NCBI GenBank assembly: GCA_038062895.1
Contig: JBBTWJ010000003.1
Location: 186,254-239,768 of the forward strand
Source of the DNA: Patescibacteria group bacterium
GTDB lineage: Bacteria > Patescibacteriota > Microgenomatia > UBA10105 > UBA927
Length of the DNA stretch: 53,515 nt
Reading direction: 5' to 3'
The notes under the pieces were generated by a model. The model ran no database searches. It was not told the DNA's origin and saw nothing but the letters and a program-made list of their open reading frames with translations. The position numbers were made by a program, and so were the translations under genes. Numbering within the stretch: position 1 is the first letter of the stretch; every line of letters begins with the position of its first letter. Below, piece by piece: positions 8,841 through 17,692 of this stretch.

Positions 8841-9416
8841 TTATGAAACGTGGGCCATGATGGCCTTGTGTACATCCTCCACCGACTGATCCGCATTTAC
8901 TTCTATAAGCACGCCCTTTTGACGATAAAATTCCAGAACACTTTTCTCACTTTCTTTGTAGAGGGCGAGACGCGACTTAATCCTCTCCGGCGAATCATGA
9001 AGCTCGCTCGACCCCGGATGGAGAGGGCGCGCCCGCTTGAAGAGACGCTTGTATGATTCTTCCTCCGACAGATGAAGATAAAATACCCGCTCGACTTTAT
9101 ACCCATACTTGTCTATCTTGTCATCCAAAAACTTCGCCTGCTCGATATTCCTCGGAAATCCATCCATGATCCAATTCTTTCGAGCGTCCGGCCTTTTGAG
9201 ACGCCGCTTCCAAAGCACAAACATCTCGCTATCCGGCACGTACTTGCCGGTTATTAATATGTCTCGACACACATCTCCGATCATACCTTTATCCGTCGCT
9301 GCGGTCTCCCGCACCAGATCGCCTGATGTCAAAATCGGGAGACCTAACTTTTCTGCTAATAACTTCGCCTGCGTCCCTTTGCCTGATCCTTCCGGACCGT
9401 AGAAAACGATATGCAT
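8841..9416 (-). CDS. adk: adenylate kinase
   Basis: GPEGSGKGTQ P-loop. Follows secY. Confidence 0.93.
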   Translation of the reverse strand: MHIVFYGPEGSGKGTQAKLLAEKLGLPILTSGDLVRETAATDKGMIGDVCRDILITGKYVPDSEMFVLWKRRLKRPDARKNWIMDGFPRNIEQAKFLDDKIDKYGYKVERVFYLHLSEEESYKRLFKRARPLHPGSSELHDSPERIKSRLALYKESEKSVLEFYRQKGVLIEVNADQSVEDVHKAIMAHVS

Positions 9417-9561
9417 ACCAGGTAGTGAAATTTCGACCTTTGCTCTTTACGCTTTTGGGAAATCTCAATTTCCTTTCTTTATAATAGGACAACCTTAAAA
9501 CCAGGCGACTCTACGACAACGAGCAAAGTCAAAAGCGTGTCGAAATTCTACTACCTGGCAT
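9417..9561 (-). mobile_element. family D element, subfamily c (TIR ..GTAGTGAAATTTCGAC / GTCGAAATTCTACTAC..)
   Basis: Ends on the adk ATG. Its 5' ATG lies 8 nt after the secY stop. Paralog at 29270-29415. Confidence 0.7.
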
Positions 9562-9569
9562 AAACTCCA

Positions 9570-10859
9570 TCACTCCTTCAGGAATCCATCATAATTTCTC
9601 ATCACGAGCTGGGCTTCGAGTGCTTTGACCGTTTCCAAAACCACCGATACGACGATCAGGACGCTCGTCCCGCCGACCAATAATGTAGAAACACCGGTCG
9701 CCCCACCCGCAAGGGTAGGCAGGATGGCAATAGCACCTAAAAATAGCGCACCTGCAAGCGTAATCCGGGTCAGGATATAGTTGAGGTACGCGGCGGTGGG
9801 GCTTCCGGGACGGATACCGGGAATAAAGCCGCCGTATTTCTGTATTTCCCCGGCGATTTTCGTCGGGTTAAACGTAATCGCCGTATAAAAATAGGTAAAT
9901 CCGATCACCAAAAGAAAATAAATTATATTATAAGAAATGCTATTCGGATTAAATACTCCGGTGAGAAACCGTCCGATATTGACGAGTATCGGTTCCTTCA
10001 CTTGTTGGAGAAACCCTCCGACGAGAGAGGGCAAGAGCACAAGCGACACGGCAAAGATAATGGGAATCACTCCCGCTTGATTTACCCGAAGGGGAAGATA
10101 GGATGTCGATCCTCCGTAGACTTTATTGCCGCGGATCCGGCGCGCGTAGTGAACCGTAATCCTGCGTACCGCTTCATTCACCGTAACCGTCGCGGCAATA
10201 ACCCCTACGGCAAGTCCCAAAAATACCACCATGTTGCCGGCAACTTCTGCCGTCACCGTTGAAATCGTCTGTCCGATCACCACGGGAAATCTGCCCACGA
10301 TACCGGCGAATATGAGCAGTGATATACCATTCCCGACGCCATAGGCGGTAATAAGCTCCCCCAACCACATGACCACAACCGTCCCTGCCGTCATCGTCAG
10401 AATAAGAGAGATAAGGGTGAGTGGATCGGCTGCGCTGACAATCCCCTGGTTTTTGAGTAGCGCGTACATACCGATGGCCTGCAACGCGGCAAGCGGCACA
10501 GTAATCATGCGGGTGTATTGGTTGATTTTTTCCCGTCCATACTCCCCTTCTTTGGATAATTCTTCGAGTTTAGGAAATACAATGGTAAGAAGTTGCAGAA
10601 TAATAGAAGCGTTTATATAGGGGTTGAGCCCCAAAGCCATGACCGAAAAATTAACAAGTGTCCCTCCCGAAAAAATGTCCAGAAGTCCCAAAAATTGATT
10701 CTGGGCGAAAAGAGAAGCTAATTTCGCCGTGTTTACACCGGGAATGGGAATATGGGCGAAAAGCCGAAATACGATGAAAAGAAAAGCGGTGATAAGAATT
10801 TTCCGGCGAAGTTCCGGCACTTTCCAACTGTTGAGTATAGGCGAAATGAGATTGTTCAT
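9570..10859 (-). CDS. secY: preprotein translocase subunit SecY
   Basis: 429 aa, ~10 TM segments, conserved SecY N-terminal motifs. ATGA overlap with rplO. Confidence 0.95.
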   Translation of the reverse strand: MNNLISPILNSWKVPELRRKILITAFLFIVFRLFAHIPIPGVNTAKLASLFAQNQFLGLLDIFSGGTLVNFSVMALGLNPYINASIILQLLTIVFPKLEELSKEGEYGREKINQYTRMITVPLAALQAIGMYALLKNQGIVSAADPLTLISLILTMTAGTVVVMWLGELITAYGVGNGISLLIFAGIVGRFPVVIGQTISTVTAEVAGNMVVFLGLAVGVIAATVTVNEAVRRITVHYARRIRGNKVYGGSTSYLPLRVNQAGVIPIIFAVSLVLLPSLVGGFLQQVKEPILVNIGRFLTGVFNPNSISYNIIYFLLVIGFTYFYTAITFNPTKIAGEIQKYGGFIPGIRPGSPTAAYLNYILTRITLAGALFLGAIAILPTLAGGATGVSTLLVGGTSVLIVVSVVLETVKALEAQLVMRNYDGFLKE

Positions 10860-11284
10860 TCTACCGAACCGCCAGCTTTGAGAATCGCTTTCTTGGCCGT
10901 GGCACTACAGGGCACCTTGACCGTCAACGTCACGGATACTTCCCCACCATCCAAAAGCTTTACTCTCGCAACACGCTCATCTATCATATGATATTTCTTC
11001 AATGTTTCCAATGTCACAACGGTGCCCTTGGGGAGAGCATTCAGATTGGTCACCGGAAGAGGAAATGCTTTGGGTTTTTGAGATTGGTTACGACCTTTTC
11101 CCCGAAGATACGGCAGCCTCTTGGTGATGGGCGACTGGCCACCCTCAAAACCCCGGGGCATACTCCCTCGGGCTTTTTGGCCCTTCGTACCACGACCGGA
11201 TGTTTTATTTTTGCCGGAGCCGTGACCGCGACCGATGCGTTTCTTCGGCCGTCTTATAAGAGTTGGTAAATGCGTAAGATCCAT
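10856..11284 (-). CDS. rplO: 50S ribosomal protein L15
   Basis: [25 protein letters not shown] motif. Confidence 0.95.
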   Translation of the reverse strand: MDLTHLPTLIRRPKKRIGRGHGSGKNKTSGRGTKGQKARGSMPRGFEGGQSPITKRLPYLRGKGRNQSQKPKAFPLPVTNLNALPKGTVVTLETLKKYHMIDERVARVKLLDGGEVSVTLTVKVPCSATAKKAILKAGGSVE

Positions 11285-11305
11285 ATCAATAAATACGTAT
11301 ACGTC

Positions 11306-11776
11306 CTATTTGACTTTTATAATTTTTAATTGCTTTAGAGCTTCCATCGTGGCGTACACGTTGGATGCTTGATTTTTGCTCCCAAGAATCTTCGACGATA
11401 TATCACGAATACCCGCCGCTTCCACGACCGCCCGTACTGCTCCGCCTGCGATGACTCCGGTACCCGGAGGAGCAGGCTTCAGGAGAATTTTGGCTGCACC
11501 GCGCTTGACATATACCTGGTGCGGTATGGTCCGGCCACGCATCGCAACCACAATTTGATGCTTTTTGGCATAACTCACGGCTTTTTTGACACCAGAGGAA
11601 ACATCCGGCGCCTGCCCGAGTCCCACGCCAACCCGGCCTTTTTTATCTCCGACGACCACGAGAACCGAAAATCCGACTTTATTGCCGCCTTTGGTTTTCT
11701 TGGAAACACGGTTAACCTGTACGACTTTTTCGGCAAATTCTGATGTACGCGGATCTGATCGTTGTTGGTATTTCAT
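11306..11776 (-). CDS. rpsE: 30S ribosomal protein S5
   Basis: V.RV.K..KGG....F..LVVVGD..G.VG.G.G.A S5 dsRBD motif. Confidence 0.95.
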   Translation of the reverse strand: MKYQQRSDPRTSEFAEKVVQVNRVSKKTKGGNKVGFSVLVVVGDKKGRVGVGLGQAPDVSSGVKKAVSYAKKHQIVVAMRGRTIPHQVYVKRGAAKILLKPAPPGTGVIAGGAVRAVVEAAGIRDISSKILGSKNQASNVYATMEALKQLKIIKVK

Positions 11777-11923
11777 ACCGGGTAGTAGAACTTCGATGTT
11801 CCTAACGGAACGTAAGCTCCCCTTTCTTTGTAATATTATTTTGCATTCTCATACTTTCCTCTTTCTTGCCAGAAGTCCTCAACACATGCGTTTACGCATG
11901 ATCGAAGTTTCACTACCCGGCAT
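11777..11923 (-). mobile_element. family D element, subfamily e (TIR CCGGGTAGTAGAACTTCGAT / ATCGAAGTTTCACTACCCGG)
   Basis: Compensatory CCAGG/CCTGG to CCGGG/CCCGG change in both arms. Ends on the rpsE ATG. Its 5' ATG lies 1 nt after the rplR stop. Confidence 0.7.
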
Positions 11924-11924
11924 A

Positions 11925-12254
11925 TTAAAATTTTAGTCCTCCCTCTCGTGCTGCATCAGCAAAGGATTTAATAACTCCATGATAGCGGTTTCCACCCCGG
12001 TCGAATACCACGGACGTTATCTTATGTTTCAGGGCAAGCGCCGCAATTTCTTTACCCAAGATCACGGCAGTAGCAGTGTTTTTCTTGGTTGCGCGTTTGG
12101 ATACTACCGTTTTGCCTGCGTCATCATCAATGATTTGGACAAAAAGAGACGTACCCGACCGATACACCGCAAGACGCGGACGGCTAGCCGTGCCCATAAC
12201 GACGGCACGGATACGGCGTTGTCGTGATTTCCTCAACATTTTTCTGGTTTTCAT
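11925..12254 (-). CDS. rplR: 50S ribosomal protein L18
   Basis: RPRL.V.RS....VQIIDD...T C-terminal ..FDRGG..YHG....A...R..GL.F. Confidence 0.94.
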   Translation of the reverse strand: MKTRKMLRKSRQRRIRAVVMGTASRPRLAVYRSGTSLFVQIIDDDAGKTVVSKRATKKNTATAVILGKEIAALALKHKITSVVFDRGGNRYHGVIKSFADAAREGGLKF

Positions 12255-12256
12255 AT

Positions 12257-12817
12257 TTATTTAGCTCCCGGAGCTCCTCCAACCGCTTTGGCGGACTTAC
12301 CAGCTTTTCTCCGTATATATTCACCGGCATATTTAATACCTTTTCCTTTATATGGTTCAGGTTTTTTGACCGCATGGATCGATGCGGCAACTTGTCCGAC
12401 TGCATGCTTATCGCTCCCTTGTACAAGGATTTTCCCCTCCACGACCGAAAGTGTAATACCCACGGGAGGAGTAATCGTGACGGGATGAGAAAACCCAACG
12501 GTCAATACGACCGAGGGACCACTCATCGCTGCGCGATATCCCACGCCTGCAAGCTCAAGAGTCTTCGTCCAAAGCTTCGTGACCCCCACGATAGCATTAT
12601 GAAGCTCGGAACGATAGTACCCATGCAGTGCTCTCGTATCACGTCCTTCGTTCTTCCGTGTAACAGAAACAGTACTTCCCTCTACCGCAACAGCTAGTCC
12701 CTCGGGAATAGAGAGAACACGGTCTCCTTTGGGACCTTTCACGGTCACCGTGTCGCCTGATACGCTCACGGAGGCACCTTCATCTATACTGATTGGCATT
12801 TTTCCTATACGAGACAT
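12257..12817 (-). CDS. rplF: 50S ribosomal protein L6
   Basis: MSRIGK.PI.I..G..V typical L6. Synteny. Confidence 0.95.
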   Translation of the reverse strand: MSRIGKMPISIDEGASVSVSGDTVTVKGPKGDRVLSIPEGLAVAVEGSTVSVTRKNEGRDTRALHGYYRSELHNAIVGVTKLWTKTLELAGVGYRAAMSGPSVVLTVGFSHPVTITPPVGITLSVVEGKILVQGSDKHAVGQVAASIHAVKKPEPYKGKGIKYAGEYIRRKAGKSAKAVGGAPGAK

Positions 12818-12905
12818 ATAAAATCAGCAATACGAGTCAAGAGTCAAAAGCAAAACGAGAAATCACTCTTGACTTGTGTTGCTCTTGACTCTCTTGCTCT
12901 TTTTT
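12818..12905. repeat. word-hairpin, family F (GAGTCAAGAGTCAAAAGCAA / TTGCTCTTGACTCTCTTGCTC)
   Basis: Arms are imperfect reverse complements. Single copy in the window. Confidence 0.55.
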
Positions 12906-13298
12906 CTACCACACCTCACAAAGCAATTCTCCGCCGATATGTTTGGCTTTTGCATGCTTCCCGGTCATGATACCCAACGGCGTGGAAAGAATAGCAATTC
13001 CCATGCCACCGACGACGGTAGGAATAGCATTGCTTCCGATATACACCCGGAGTCCCGGCTTGCTTTTCCGCTTCATATCGGTAATAGCGGGAGTCGACCC
13101 CTCATAGCGGAGCTTGAACTCAAGAACTTTTTTAACGCGCTCTCCCGAAACGGCAACCGACGAAAGATACCCCTCTTCCATGAGGATGCGGGCCACCGCT
13201 TCTTTGAGTTTAGAGTAAGGCAAGACGACGGCAGATTTACCCGCCATATACGAATTTTTTATCTGCGCCAACATGTCTCCGATAGGATCTGATACCAT
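12906..13298 (-). CDS. rpsH: 30S ribosomal protein S8
   Basis: DPIGDMLAQIKN start and C-terminal GGE.LC.VW. Confidence 0.95.
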   Translation of the reverse strand: MVSDPIGDMLAQIKNSYMAGKSAVVLPYSKLKEAVARILMEEGYLSSVAVSGERVKKVLEFKLRYEGSTPAITDMKRKSKPGLRVYIGSNAIPTVVGGMGIAILSTPLGIMTGKHAKAKHIGGELLCEVW

Positions 13299-13308
13299 AA
13301 TTATTTTT

Positions 13309-13494
13309 TTACCACGACGCCTTCACGACGCCGGGTAATTCTCCTTTATGTGCTAACTCCCGAAAACACAACCGGCAAATACCAAACTGCCGCATAAATG
13401 CACGGTTTCTTCCGCACAGTCCACAGCGATTTTTATGCCGAACAGCAAATTTTTGTTTATGATCAAATTTAACGACATCCGATGTTTTTGCCAT
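13309..13494 (-). CDS. rpsN: 30S ribosomal protein S14 type Z (zinc-binding)
   Basis: 61 aa with CGLCGR...CRLCFRE. Confidence 0.94.
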   Translation of the reverse strand: MAKTSDVVKFDHKQKFAVRHKNRCGLCGRNRAFMRQFGICRLCFRELAHKGELPGVVKASW

Positions 13495-13633
13495 ACCAGG
13501 TAGTAGATTTTCGCTATTTCTTACGAAATATAAAAACCATGTTCCTTTCTATCAATCATATTTGTTAGTATTTCCAGATAGTTATCGTGTCCATTCCGCC
13601 ATGCGGAATGAGCGAAAATTCACTACCTGGCAT
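13495..13633 (-). mobile_element. family D element, subfamily d (TIR ..GTAGTAGATTTTCGCT / AGCGAAAATTCACTAC..)
   Basis: Ends on the rpsN ATG. Its 5' ATG lies 4 nt after the rplE stop. Paralog at 15520-15655. Confidence 0.7.
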
Positions 13634-13637
13634 AGTG

Positions 13638-14177
13638 TTACTTCTCAAACGGCATCCCCAAAAGCGTAAGGAGCTTTTTGGCATGCTCATCGTTGCCTGA
13701 TTTGGTCACAAAGGTCACCTCATATCCGCGCGTTTTATCAACCATAGTATAGTCAAGCTCCGGAAAAATGGTCTGATCGGCAATTCCCAATGTATAGTTG
13801 CCGTTTCCGTCAAAACCGGATCCCGATACACCCCGAAAATCCCGGACCCGGGGAAGAGCAATGGTCACGAGCCGGGTAAAAAAGTCCGACATGAGATGAC
13901 CCCGGAGGGTCACTTTGAGTCCGACGGTATCCCCCGCCCGCAGTTTGAACGATGAAATCGCTCTCTTGGCACGCGTAACGCTCGGCTTCTGACCGGTAAT
14001 AACGCTAAGCTGCGCAGATACTTTTTCAATGACTTTTTTGTCTGCAAGCGCCTCGCGGCCAATGCCACAGTTAACCACAATTTTGATCAAACGGGGAACG
14101 GCCATGAGATTGGCAATCCCAAGTTCTGTCATCAATTTTGGTCTGATTTCTTTGATATATTGTTCTTGTACGGTCAT
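13638..14177 (-). CDS. rplE: 50S ribosomal protein L5
   Basis: L5 core. Start trimmed to MTVQEQY (ATG 14177-14175), giving an ATGA overlap with the rplX stop. The ORF track extends to 14201. Confidence 0.92.
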   Translation of the reverse strand: MTVQEQYIKEIRPKLMTELGIANLMAVPRLIKIVVNCGIGREALADKKVIEKVSAQLSVITGQKPSVTRAKRAISSFKLRAGDTVGLKVTLRGHLMSDFFTRLVTIALPRVRDFRGVSGSGFDGNGNYTLGIADQTIFPELDYTMVDKTRGYEVTFVTKSGNDEHAKKLLTLLGMPFEK

Positions 14178-14479
14178 ATCTTTTGTTGGCATTTGCGACA
14201 AATTCTCTCTTTTTCACCTTTGACGACTAAATATCCCACCCGTGTAGGCTGACTACACTTTGGGCACATAAGCGCCACCTTGCTGACTGCAATGGGTTTC
14301 GTAACATCGATAATACCTCCAGCCTTCTTCTCGTCACGCTTTTTCATGTGCCGCTTATAGACGTTCACCCCTGTGACAACCACTGACCCTAAGGCGGGAA
14401 ACGTTTGCTCAACTTTTCCTTTTTTTCCTTTATCTTTTCCTGTTGTAACGATAATGGTGTCGCCTTTCTTTAGTTTCAT
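14174..14479 (-). CDS. rplX: 50S ribosomal protein L24
   Basis: MKLKKGDTIIVTTGKDKGKKGKV KOW motif. The longer ORF to 14632 overlaps rplN and reads through a REP element. Confidence 0.92.
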   Translation of the reverse strand: MKLKKGDTIIVTTGKDKGKKGKVEQTFPALGSVVVTGVNVYKRHMKKRDEKKAGGIIDVTKPIAVSKVALMCPKCSQPTRVGYLVVKGEKERICRKCQQKI

Positions 14480-14483
14480 AAGA

Positions 14484-14510
14484 CTGGATTCCCGCCTTCG
14501 CGGGAATGAC
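14484..14510. repeat. REP-like palindrome CTGGATTCCCGCCTTCGCGGGAATGAC (family R)
   Basis: Identical to the copy at 37450-37476. Confidence 0.8.
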
Positions 14511-14516
14511 AAATAA

Positions 14517-14891
14517 CTAATAAACCTCTGCTGCCATACTGACAATTTTATTAAACCCGCGGTCTTTAAGCTCCCGTGCCACCGGACCGAATATACGGCT
14601 ACCCCGTGGATTTTTGTCATCCGGATTATCAATCACTACCCCCGCGTTATCATCAAATCGAATATAGGACCCATCGGCACGATGAAATTCCTTATGTACC
14701 CGGACAACGACAACTTTCACCATTTCATCTTCTTTGACGAGTCCGGTAGGATCACCCTTCCTCACGACGCACTGGACGATGTCTCCGAGACTGGCAAACT
14801 TGCGTTTGGAAGATCCATAGATATGGATGACCACCATCTCTCTGGCTCCTGAATTATCTGCAACTACTAATGATGTACGTCGTTGAATCAT
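14517..14891 (-). CDS. rplN: 50S ribosomal protein L14
   Basis: MIQ....VADNSGA typical L14. Confidence 0.95.
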   Translation of the reverse strand: MIQRRTSLVVADNSGAREMVVIHIYGSSKRKFASLGDIVQCVVRKGDPTGLVKEDEMVKVVVVRVHKEFHRADGSYIRFDDNAGVVIDNPDDKNPRGSRIFGPVARELKDRGFNKIVSMAAEVY

Positions 14892-15045
14892 ACCAGGTAG
14901 TGAAAACTCGACTGCTCGCTTGAGCGAGCAAGCAAAATTTTCATTTGCTTAACTATACCATCTATATTTTTATGTTGGTCTATCATGTAATATTTAATCC
15001 TCAGTTACTTAAAAATTTTGTGTCGAGTTTCTACTACCTGGTCAT
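14892..15045 (-). mobile_element. family D element, subfamily a
   Basis: Same TIRs as 6826-6976. Ends on the rplN ATG. Its 5' ATG overlaps the rpsQ TGA as ATGA (15042-15045). Confidence 0.7.
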
Positions 15046-15287
15046 AGCTTTTCTATTACTATAAAGTGCTTCCTCTTGCTCATGGGTACAGTTTCTTGCA
15101 TCTTCACACTATCACCCACGTTTATATCTGCCATCTCGTTGTGGGCCGCAAACCGCCGGCTTTTGCGGACTGTTTTTTTGTATAGCTTATGAGCAAATGT
15201 CCGTATGACCTCAACGGTAACGGTTTTGTTCATTTTGGTCGAAACGACCTTCCCAACCATAGTTCTCCCCTTCATTTCATTTTTCAT
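15042..15287 (-). CDS. rpsQ: 30S ribosomal protein S17
   Basis: GKVVSTKMNKTVTVEV......H..Y.K typical S17. Confidence 0.94.
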   Translation of the reverse strand: MKNEMKGRTMVGKVVSTKMNKTVTVEVIRTFAHKLYKKTVRKSRRFAAHNEMADINVGDSVKMQETVPMSKRKHFIVIEKL

Positions 15288-15309
15288 ATAATTTTTCTGA
15301 CCAAGACTG

Positions 15310-15519
15310 TTATTCTACCAGAGTAAGCTCTCTTTCGCGTAGTATCGTTTTTGCCACAGCCACCCGGGTACGTTTTGCACGGAACAAACGGAGATTTTTT
15401 AATTGTTTGGTCTTCCGTTCTACCCGGCCTTTGAGCATTTCCGTTTCCAGCGTACCTATTTGTTTCGTAAGCTCTTGATCAGACATGCTGCGCAGTGATT
15501 GTATTTCTTTCTTTTTCAT
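15310..15519 (-). CDS. rpmC: 50S ribosomal protein L29
   Basis: 69 aa helical protein with L29 pattern (..LR..S..EL...) between rplP and rpsQ. Confidence 0.9.
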   Translation of the reverse strand: MKKKEIQSLRSMSDQELTKQIGTLETEMLKGRVERKTKQLKNLRLFRAKRTRVAVAKTILRERELTLVE

Positions 15520-15655
15520 ACCAGGTAGTAGATTTTCGCTATTTTATGCAAAATAAAAAAACCTTATTCCTCTCTATCAATCTTTGATCGTATTCCCGGG
15601 TAGTCGTCTCGTGCGTCCCATTAAGTGGGACGAGCGAAAATTCACTACCTGGCAT
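15520..15655 (-). mobile_element. family D element, subfamily d
   Basis: Ends on the rpmC ATG. Its 5' ATG lies 1 nt after the rplP TGA. Confidence 0.7.
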
Positions 15656-15656
15656 A

Positions 15657-16064
15657 TCATTCCTTCACAATAAACTTTGTGCGTACCGGGAGTTTGACGC
15701 TCGCCAGCCGCATGGCTTCCTTGGCTACATCCATAGGAACCCCTGCCATCTCAAACATAATTCTCCCTGGTTTCACGACAGCCACGTATTCAGCCACATC
15801 ACCCTTACCGCTACCCATACGCGTCTCCGGTGGTTTCTTGGTAATCGGCTTATGCGGAAAAATTCTGATCCAAATTCTACCCCCACGCTTGGTGTAGTGC
15901 GTGAGAGCGCGCCGCGCCGCCTCTATCTGCCGACTCCCCACCCAACCTACAGTGATAGCTTTCAGACCATATTCTCCGAAATTAACCTCACTCCCCCGAT
16001 AGGAGAGTCCTCCCCGCTTACCGCGGAATTCTTTTCGATGTTTGGCTCGTTTTGGTGCTAACAT
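15657..16064 (-). CDS. rplP: 50S ribosomal protein L16
   Basis: MLAPKR.K.RK..RG typical L16. Confidence 0.95.
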   Translation of the reverse strand: MLAPKRAKHRKEFRGKRGGLSYRGSEVNFGEYGLKAITVGWVGSRQIEAARRALTHYTKRGGRIWIRIFPHKPITKKPPETRMGSGKGDVAEYVAVVKPGRIMFEMAGVPMDVAKEAMRLASVKLPVRTKFIVKE

Positions 16065-16152
16065 AAATTAAAATCGTTAGTTCGTTAGTTAGTTGCTTCG
16101 TTACTTCGTAAGAATATTTTCCTCTAAGTAACCAAGTAACACGCGTTGCTAA
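16065..16152. repeat. word-hairpin, family B
   Basis: CGTTAGTTCGTTAGTTAGTTGCTTCGTTACTTCGTAA ... CTAAGTAACCAAGTAAC..GTTGCTAACTAAC. Confidence 0.7.
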
Positions 16153-16797
16153 CTAACTCCTTCGGCAGATCCACACTTTTACCCCGATATACCCTGACTT
16201 AGTAAGAGCGGGAGCTATGGCAAAATCTATATCTTCCCGAATCGTCGAAAGCGGAATCGTCCCTGATTGAAACTTTTCGCGTCTGGCAATTTCGGCTCCG
16301 TTTATGCGTCCAGAAAGTCTGATACGCACTCCTTTGGCTCCAGATGAGATAGCCCGTTCTACTGCCTGATTGCAAACCCGCTTATGCGGCATCCGGCGAA
16401 CAAGCTGATCCGCGATGGTATTGGCTACCAACGTAGCATTGAGATTAGGCTCCTTGACCGGCTCAACCGCGATGTCCACTTTCACGCCCTGACCGACCTT
16501 CAGCCGCTTGCTTAAAATGCCCTCTATAAGCTTTTTGAGTATTTCAAGCCCACTGCCGCCCCGACCGATAACCACTCCGGGACGGGAGACGTGCACCGTA
16601 ACTTTGACTTTGTTAATCGACCGTTCGATTTCCACCAGCGCTAGTCCCGCACTTTTGAGCTTCAGGCCTAGTTCGCGCCGGAGGGCAACATCGGCTAACA
16701 ACAACGTGCTGTAGGTCCGGCTGTCGGCATACCACCGCGAGGACCAGTTAAATACCGGGCCGATTCGAAATCCTCTTGGATTAATTTTTTGTCCCAT
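16153..16797 (-). CDS. rpsC: 30S ribosomal protein S3
   Basis: MGQKINPRGFR start (ATG 16797-16795). The ORF-track extension to 16839 reads into a family C repeat. Confidence 0.93.
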   Translation of the reverse strand: MGQKINPRGFRIGPVFNWSSRWYADSRTYSTLLLADVALRRELGLKLKSAGLALVEIERSINKVKVTVHVSRPGVVIGRGGSGLEILKKLIEGILSKRLKVGQGVKVDIAVEPVKEPNLNATLVANTIADQLVRRMPHKRVCNQAVERAISSGAKGVRIRLSGRINGAEIARREKFQSGTIPLSTIREDIDFAIAPALTKSGYIGVKVWICRRS

Positions 16798-16877
16798 GGT
16801 TAAGAGATTAGCACGTGATGAAAAAGACATGATGAACACGTGATCATGTGCTCATCATGTGAACTTCTATCATGTGC
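16798..16877. repeat. word-hairpin, family C
   Basis: GATTAGCACGTGATGAAAAAGACATGATGAACACGTGATCATGTGCTCATCATGTG..ATCATGTGCTCATCC. Confidence 0.7.
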
Positions 16878-17249
16878 TCATCCATGACCTCCTTTAACAG
16901 ACTGACTACGAGAAGTTGCCACCTCATCAGTTAATACCACTCTTATATGTGTCATTCTCTTTTTAAATGCGTGTGCTTGACCTTTCGATACTGCGTGCCA
17001 CCGCTTCATAACCGGACCCGGTAACACTTCGATCGACTTGATCCGAAGCAAAGAAACATCTGCTTTTTTTTCTTTTGCACCGGCAAGTGCTGAAGAAAGC
17101 ACACTACCCAACGGCTCACCCGCACGCTTCGGCAGTGATCCAAGCCGTATAAGGGCAGCCTGCGGCGGCAACCGACGGATTGATCGCGAGACCAACTGCA
17201 CCTTGCGCGGACTCATCCTGACATATTTCGCAACAGCTTGATATTCCAT
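16878..17249 (-). CDS. rplV: 50S ribosomal protein L22
   Basis: A....VR.SPRK...V...IR L22 start. Synteny. Confidence 0.93.
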   Translation of the reverse strand: MEYQAVAKYVRMSPRKVQLVSRSIRRLPPQAALIRLGSLPKRAGEPLGSVLSSALAGAKEKKADVSLLRIKSIEVLPGPVMKRWHAVSKGQAHAFKKRMTHIRVVLTDEVATSRSQSVKGGHG

Positions 17250-17335
17250 AAATTGTTAATTCGTTATTCGTTACTTGGTTACTTCGTAAAAAATATTCAT
17301 GGCTTTCTAATAACAAAGTAACGAACTAACAAAAC
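17250..17335. repeat. word-hairpin, family B
   Basis: GTTAATTCGTTATTCGTTACTTGGTTACTTCGTAA ... AATAACAAAGTAACGAACTAAC. Confidence 0.65.
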
Positions 17336-17620
17336 TTACGTTTTGTCCATCGTCCTCTTCGTCACTTGTCCGTGGCCTCTAAATGTTCGCGTCGGACTAA
17401 ACTCCCCTAACCGGTGACCGATCATGGCCTCGGTCACAAATACTTCGATAAATGTGCGACCGTTATGGACTCCGAACCGGTGCCCGACGAAATCAGGCGA
17501 AATCTGACACGCACGCGACCACGTCTTAATCGGTAGACGATCTCCTCCAGCTTTCTGGCGATTGACCTTTGCCAGAACTCTCGGATCTATGTATGGACCT
17601 TTTTTAGAACTTCTTGCCAT
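17336..17620 (-). CDS. rpsS: 30S ribosomal protein S19
   Basis: [11 protein letters not shown] typical S19. Confidence 0.95.
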   Translation of the reverse strand: MARSSKKGPYIDPRVLAKVNRQKAGGDRLPIKTWSRACQISPDFVGHRFGVHNGRTFIEVFVTEAMIGHRLGEFSPTRTFRGHGQVTKRTMDKT

Positions 17621-17692
17621 AAATTAGTCTATAAAGTCAAAAAGTTTATAAAGTCTGTAAAGTACTTTATGAACTTGATACCTTGGAACTTT
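17621..17692. repeat. word-hairpin, family G
   Basis: AGTCTATAAAGTCAAAAAGTTTATAAAGTCTGTAAAGT / ACTTTATGAACTT. Confidence 0.6.
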
